A stretch of DNA of 63,246 nucleotides, counting the filler, from Globobulimina sp. (lineage: Eukaryota), in assembly GCA_003354225.1 (NCBI GenBank). It is 44 parts of 44 records of this genome, joined end to end, with 100 filler letters (N's around TTAATTAATTAA, not from the genome) between each part and the next. Parts side by side here need not be neighbours in the genome. Positions count along the whole stretch, not along the records: positions 61,908 to 63,246 come from PIVH01018394.1; 43 more parts are not named here. One strand, given 5' to 3'. Of the stretch, positions 61,908-63,246 are shown one piece after another (positions within the stretch are counted from its first letter, which is position 1; the number at the start of each line of letters is the position of its first letter). The notes under the pieces are model-generated. The model was not told where the DNA came from. It saw nothing but the letters and a program-made list of their open reading frames with translations, and made no database searches. A program made the position numbers and the translations under genes.

Positions 61908-62254
61908 AATAAATAAATAAGGTATATTGTTTTGGAGACAATGAGGAGTATCAATGTGGTAATGGTTCAGATGAAACTGTATATTTACCACAACCAAATG
62001 AAACATTAGAAAAGGAAACAATTATTGATATTAAATGTGGTGCAAATCATAATATTGTTAAAACAGCGGATAATAAATATTATTTATGGGGAAATAATGA
62101 ATATAATCAATGTTTACATGTTCGTGATGCCAATCAGCCATTTTATATTAAGAAACCCTTATTATTTAATTCAAATTATTTTGATACAGATGAAGAAATC
62201 CTTGAAATGTATCCTGGATGGAATGAAACACGAATAATAATTTGTAAAATTTAA
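61908..62254 (+). CDS. RCC1-repeat protein C-terminus (not in ORF track in this frame)
   Basis: VYCFGDNEEYQCG...IIDIKCGANHN....DNKYYLWGNNEYNQC. Confidence 0.88.
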
Positions 62255-62384
62255 ATGAAGATTAAAACAAAGTGACATTTTTGATTTTTTGTTTCAATTT
62301 AAATACTTTAATATTTATTGGTCATATCAACTGCAAGTCGGTATTCTGATAATTAAATAGATAATTCATCATTATACCAATCGA

Positions 62385-63098
62385 ATGGATTACTATCAGA
62401 TAACTATTCCTTGTCTGCTATTGTGCGCCTTGCTTATTTTATTGCTGCTGGTTTTAGTAATTCGTGGTATAATATTATCAAAAATACGGATTAAAATTTC
62501 AAATAAAAAAAGCAGTTCATACAGAAAATTATATGTAATTATTACAAGTCTCACTCTTATAATATTCTCCCTAATTGGCACTATCAATGATGCAATACAT
62601 ATTATATTATGTTCAACCTCACCTCCATCAGATTGCCTGTCCAAATTTAAGACGAACCGAGTGATTGGAGACATATCTTACATCATTGCCTTTTGTTCAT
62701 TTTATTTTGTTATCATTGGCCGTTGTTATATAATATTCGCAGCATATAAATTATACAGAATCTCAATACGCATCTTAATGATACTGCTCTTATTGCTGCT
62801 GTTTTGCTTTATTCCTTATGTTATTATGTTAATAGTTGCTTATAATAATCATAAACAACAAACATTGGCCATGGTTAATTTAATTAATCTGTTAATATTT
62901 ATGATATTTAATTTCATGTTAAACGCATTGGTTTTAACATTATTCATTAGGAAAATGAATAAAATCATTGTCAATAAAACATCAAAACTGCTGGAATCTC
63001 AATCCGTGGATTCTTCCCCTCATCGACCAGCAAAGCAAGAGGAAAATGAAAGAGATAACAGCTATTTAGGCGAGCTAGAAACAAATATTATTTTGTGA
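62385..63098 (+). CDS. Serpentine/GPCR-like membrane protein (5 TM before stop)
   Basis: Regular hydrophobic helices; FYFVIIGRCYIIF after TM3; L.LFIRKM after TM5. Confidence 0.55.
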   Translation: MDYYQITIPCLLLCALLILLLLVLVIRGIILSKIRIKISNKKSSSYRKLYVIITSLTLIIFSLIGTINDAIHIILCSTSPPSDCLSKFKTNRVIGDISYIIAFCSFYFVIIGRCYIIFAAYKLYRISIRILMILLLLLLFCFIPYVIMLIVAYNNHKQQTLAMVNLINLLIFMIFNFMLNALVLTLFIRKMNKIIVNKTSKLLESQSVDSSPHRPAKQEENERDNSYLGELETNIIL

Positions 63099-63246
63099 CA
63101 TATTTATGATATTATCGTTTTTGTAAATATTTATCAAAATAATATTTGTTTCTGCGCATTTATAATTAGATTCGGTGTGTGATGTATCGTTAAATAACAA
63201 GGCATTATCTGTCCATGTCGTTATATCAATCCATATCTTTTGTTAT

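Noticed and set aside
1-63246. Gene neighbourhoods or operon-like systems across contigs
   Set aside because: Contigs are unrelated; only within-contig adjacency was used.

Overview
This is not a contiguous locus. It is 44 unrelated short contigs (1341, then 1340, then 1339 bp, i.e. size-sorted) joined by an artificial 100-nt spacer (44 N + TTAATTAATTAA + 44 N), so adjacency across spacers means nothing. Most contigs are AT-rich eukaryotic genomic DNA with short (~50-130 nt) GT-AG introns. Their gene content (PT-repeat surface proteins, TM-SAM protein, APK-type kinase, RCC1, 7TM, axonemal dynein) suggests a protist, probably a foraminiferan/rhizarian (inference). A few contigs (BEL/Pao, Gypsy, DIRS, non-coding) may come from another, possibly animal, genome. 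Recognisable gene pieces include a BAR protein, SMPD4, beta-mannosidase, glucosidase II beta, cytochrome b5, acyl-CoA synthetase, SNAPC4, FANCD2, spherulin-4, WDR26, amino-acid and ABCC transporters, COG8, DENN, Y-family polymerase, dynein HC, Prp16, RICTOR, QCR8 and GT2. All calls are by motif recognition; no database search was run. Most interesting: (1) an intronless orphan ORF starting MARTKQTARMS, an exact histone H3 tail carrying K9M, fused to a non-histone domain (candidate natural H3K9-methyltransferase inhibitor); (2) a terminally redundant, apparently circular 1248-bp mosaic of host gene fragments with a tRNA-like Pol III unit; (3) a young MITE with 58-bp TIRs and a 7-bp TSD plus a possibly related foldback; (4) an in-frame TAG inside otherwise intact FANCD2.
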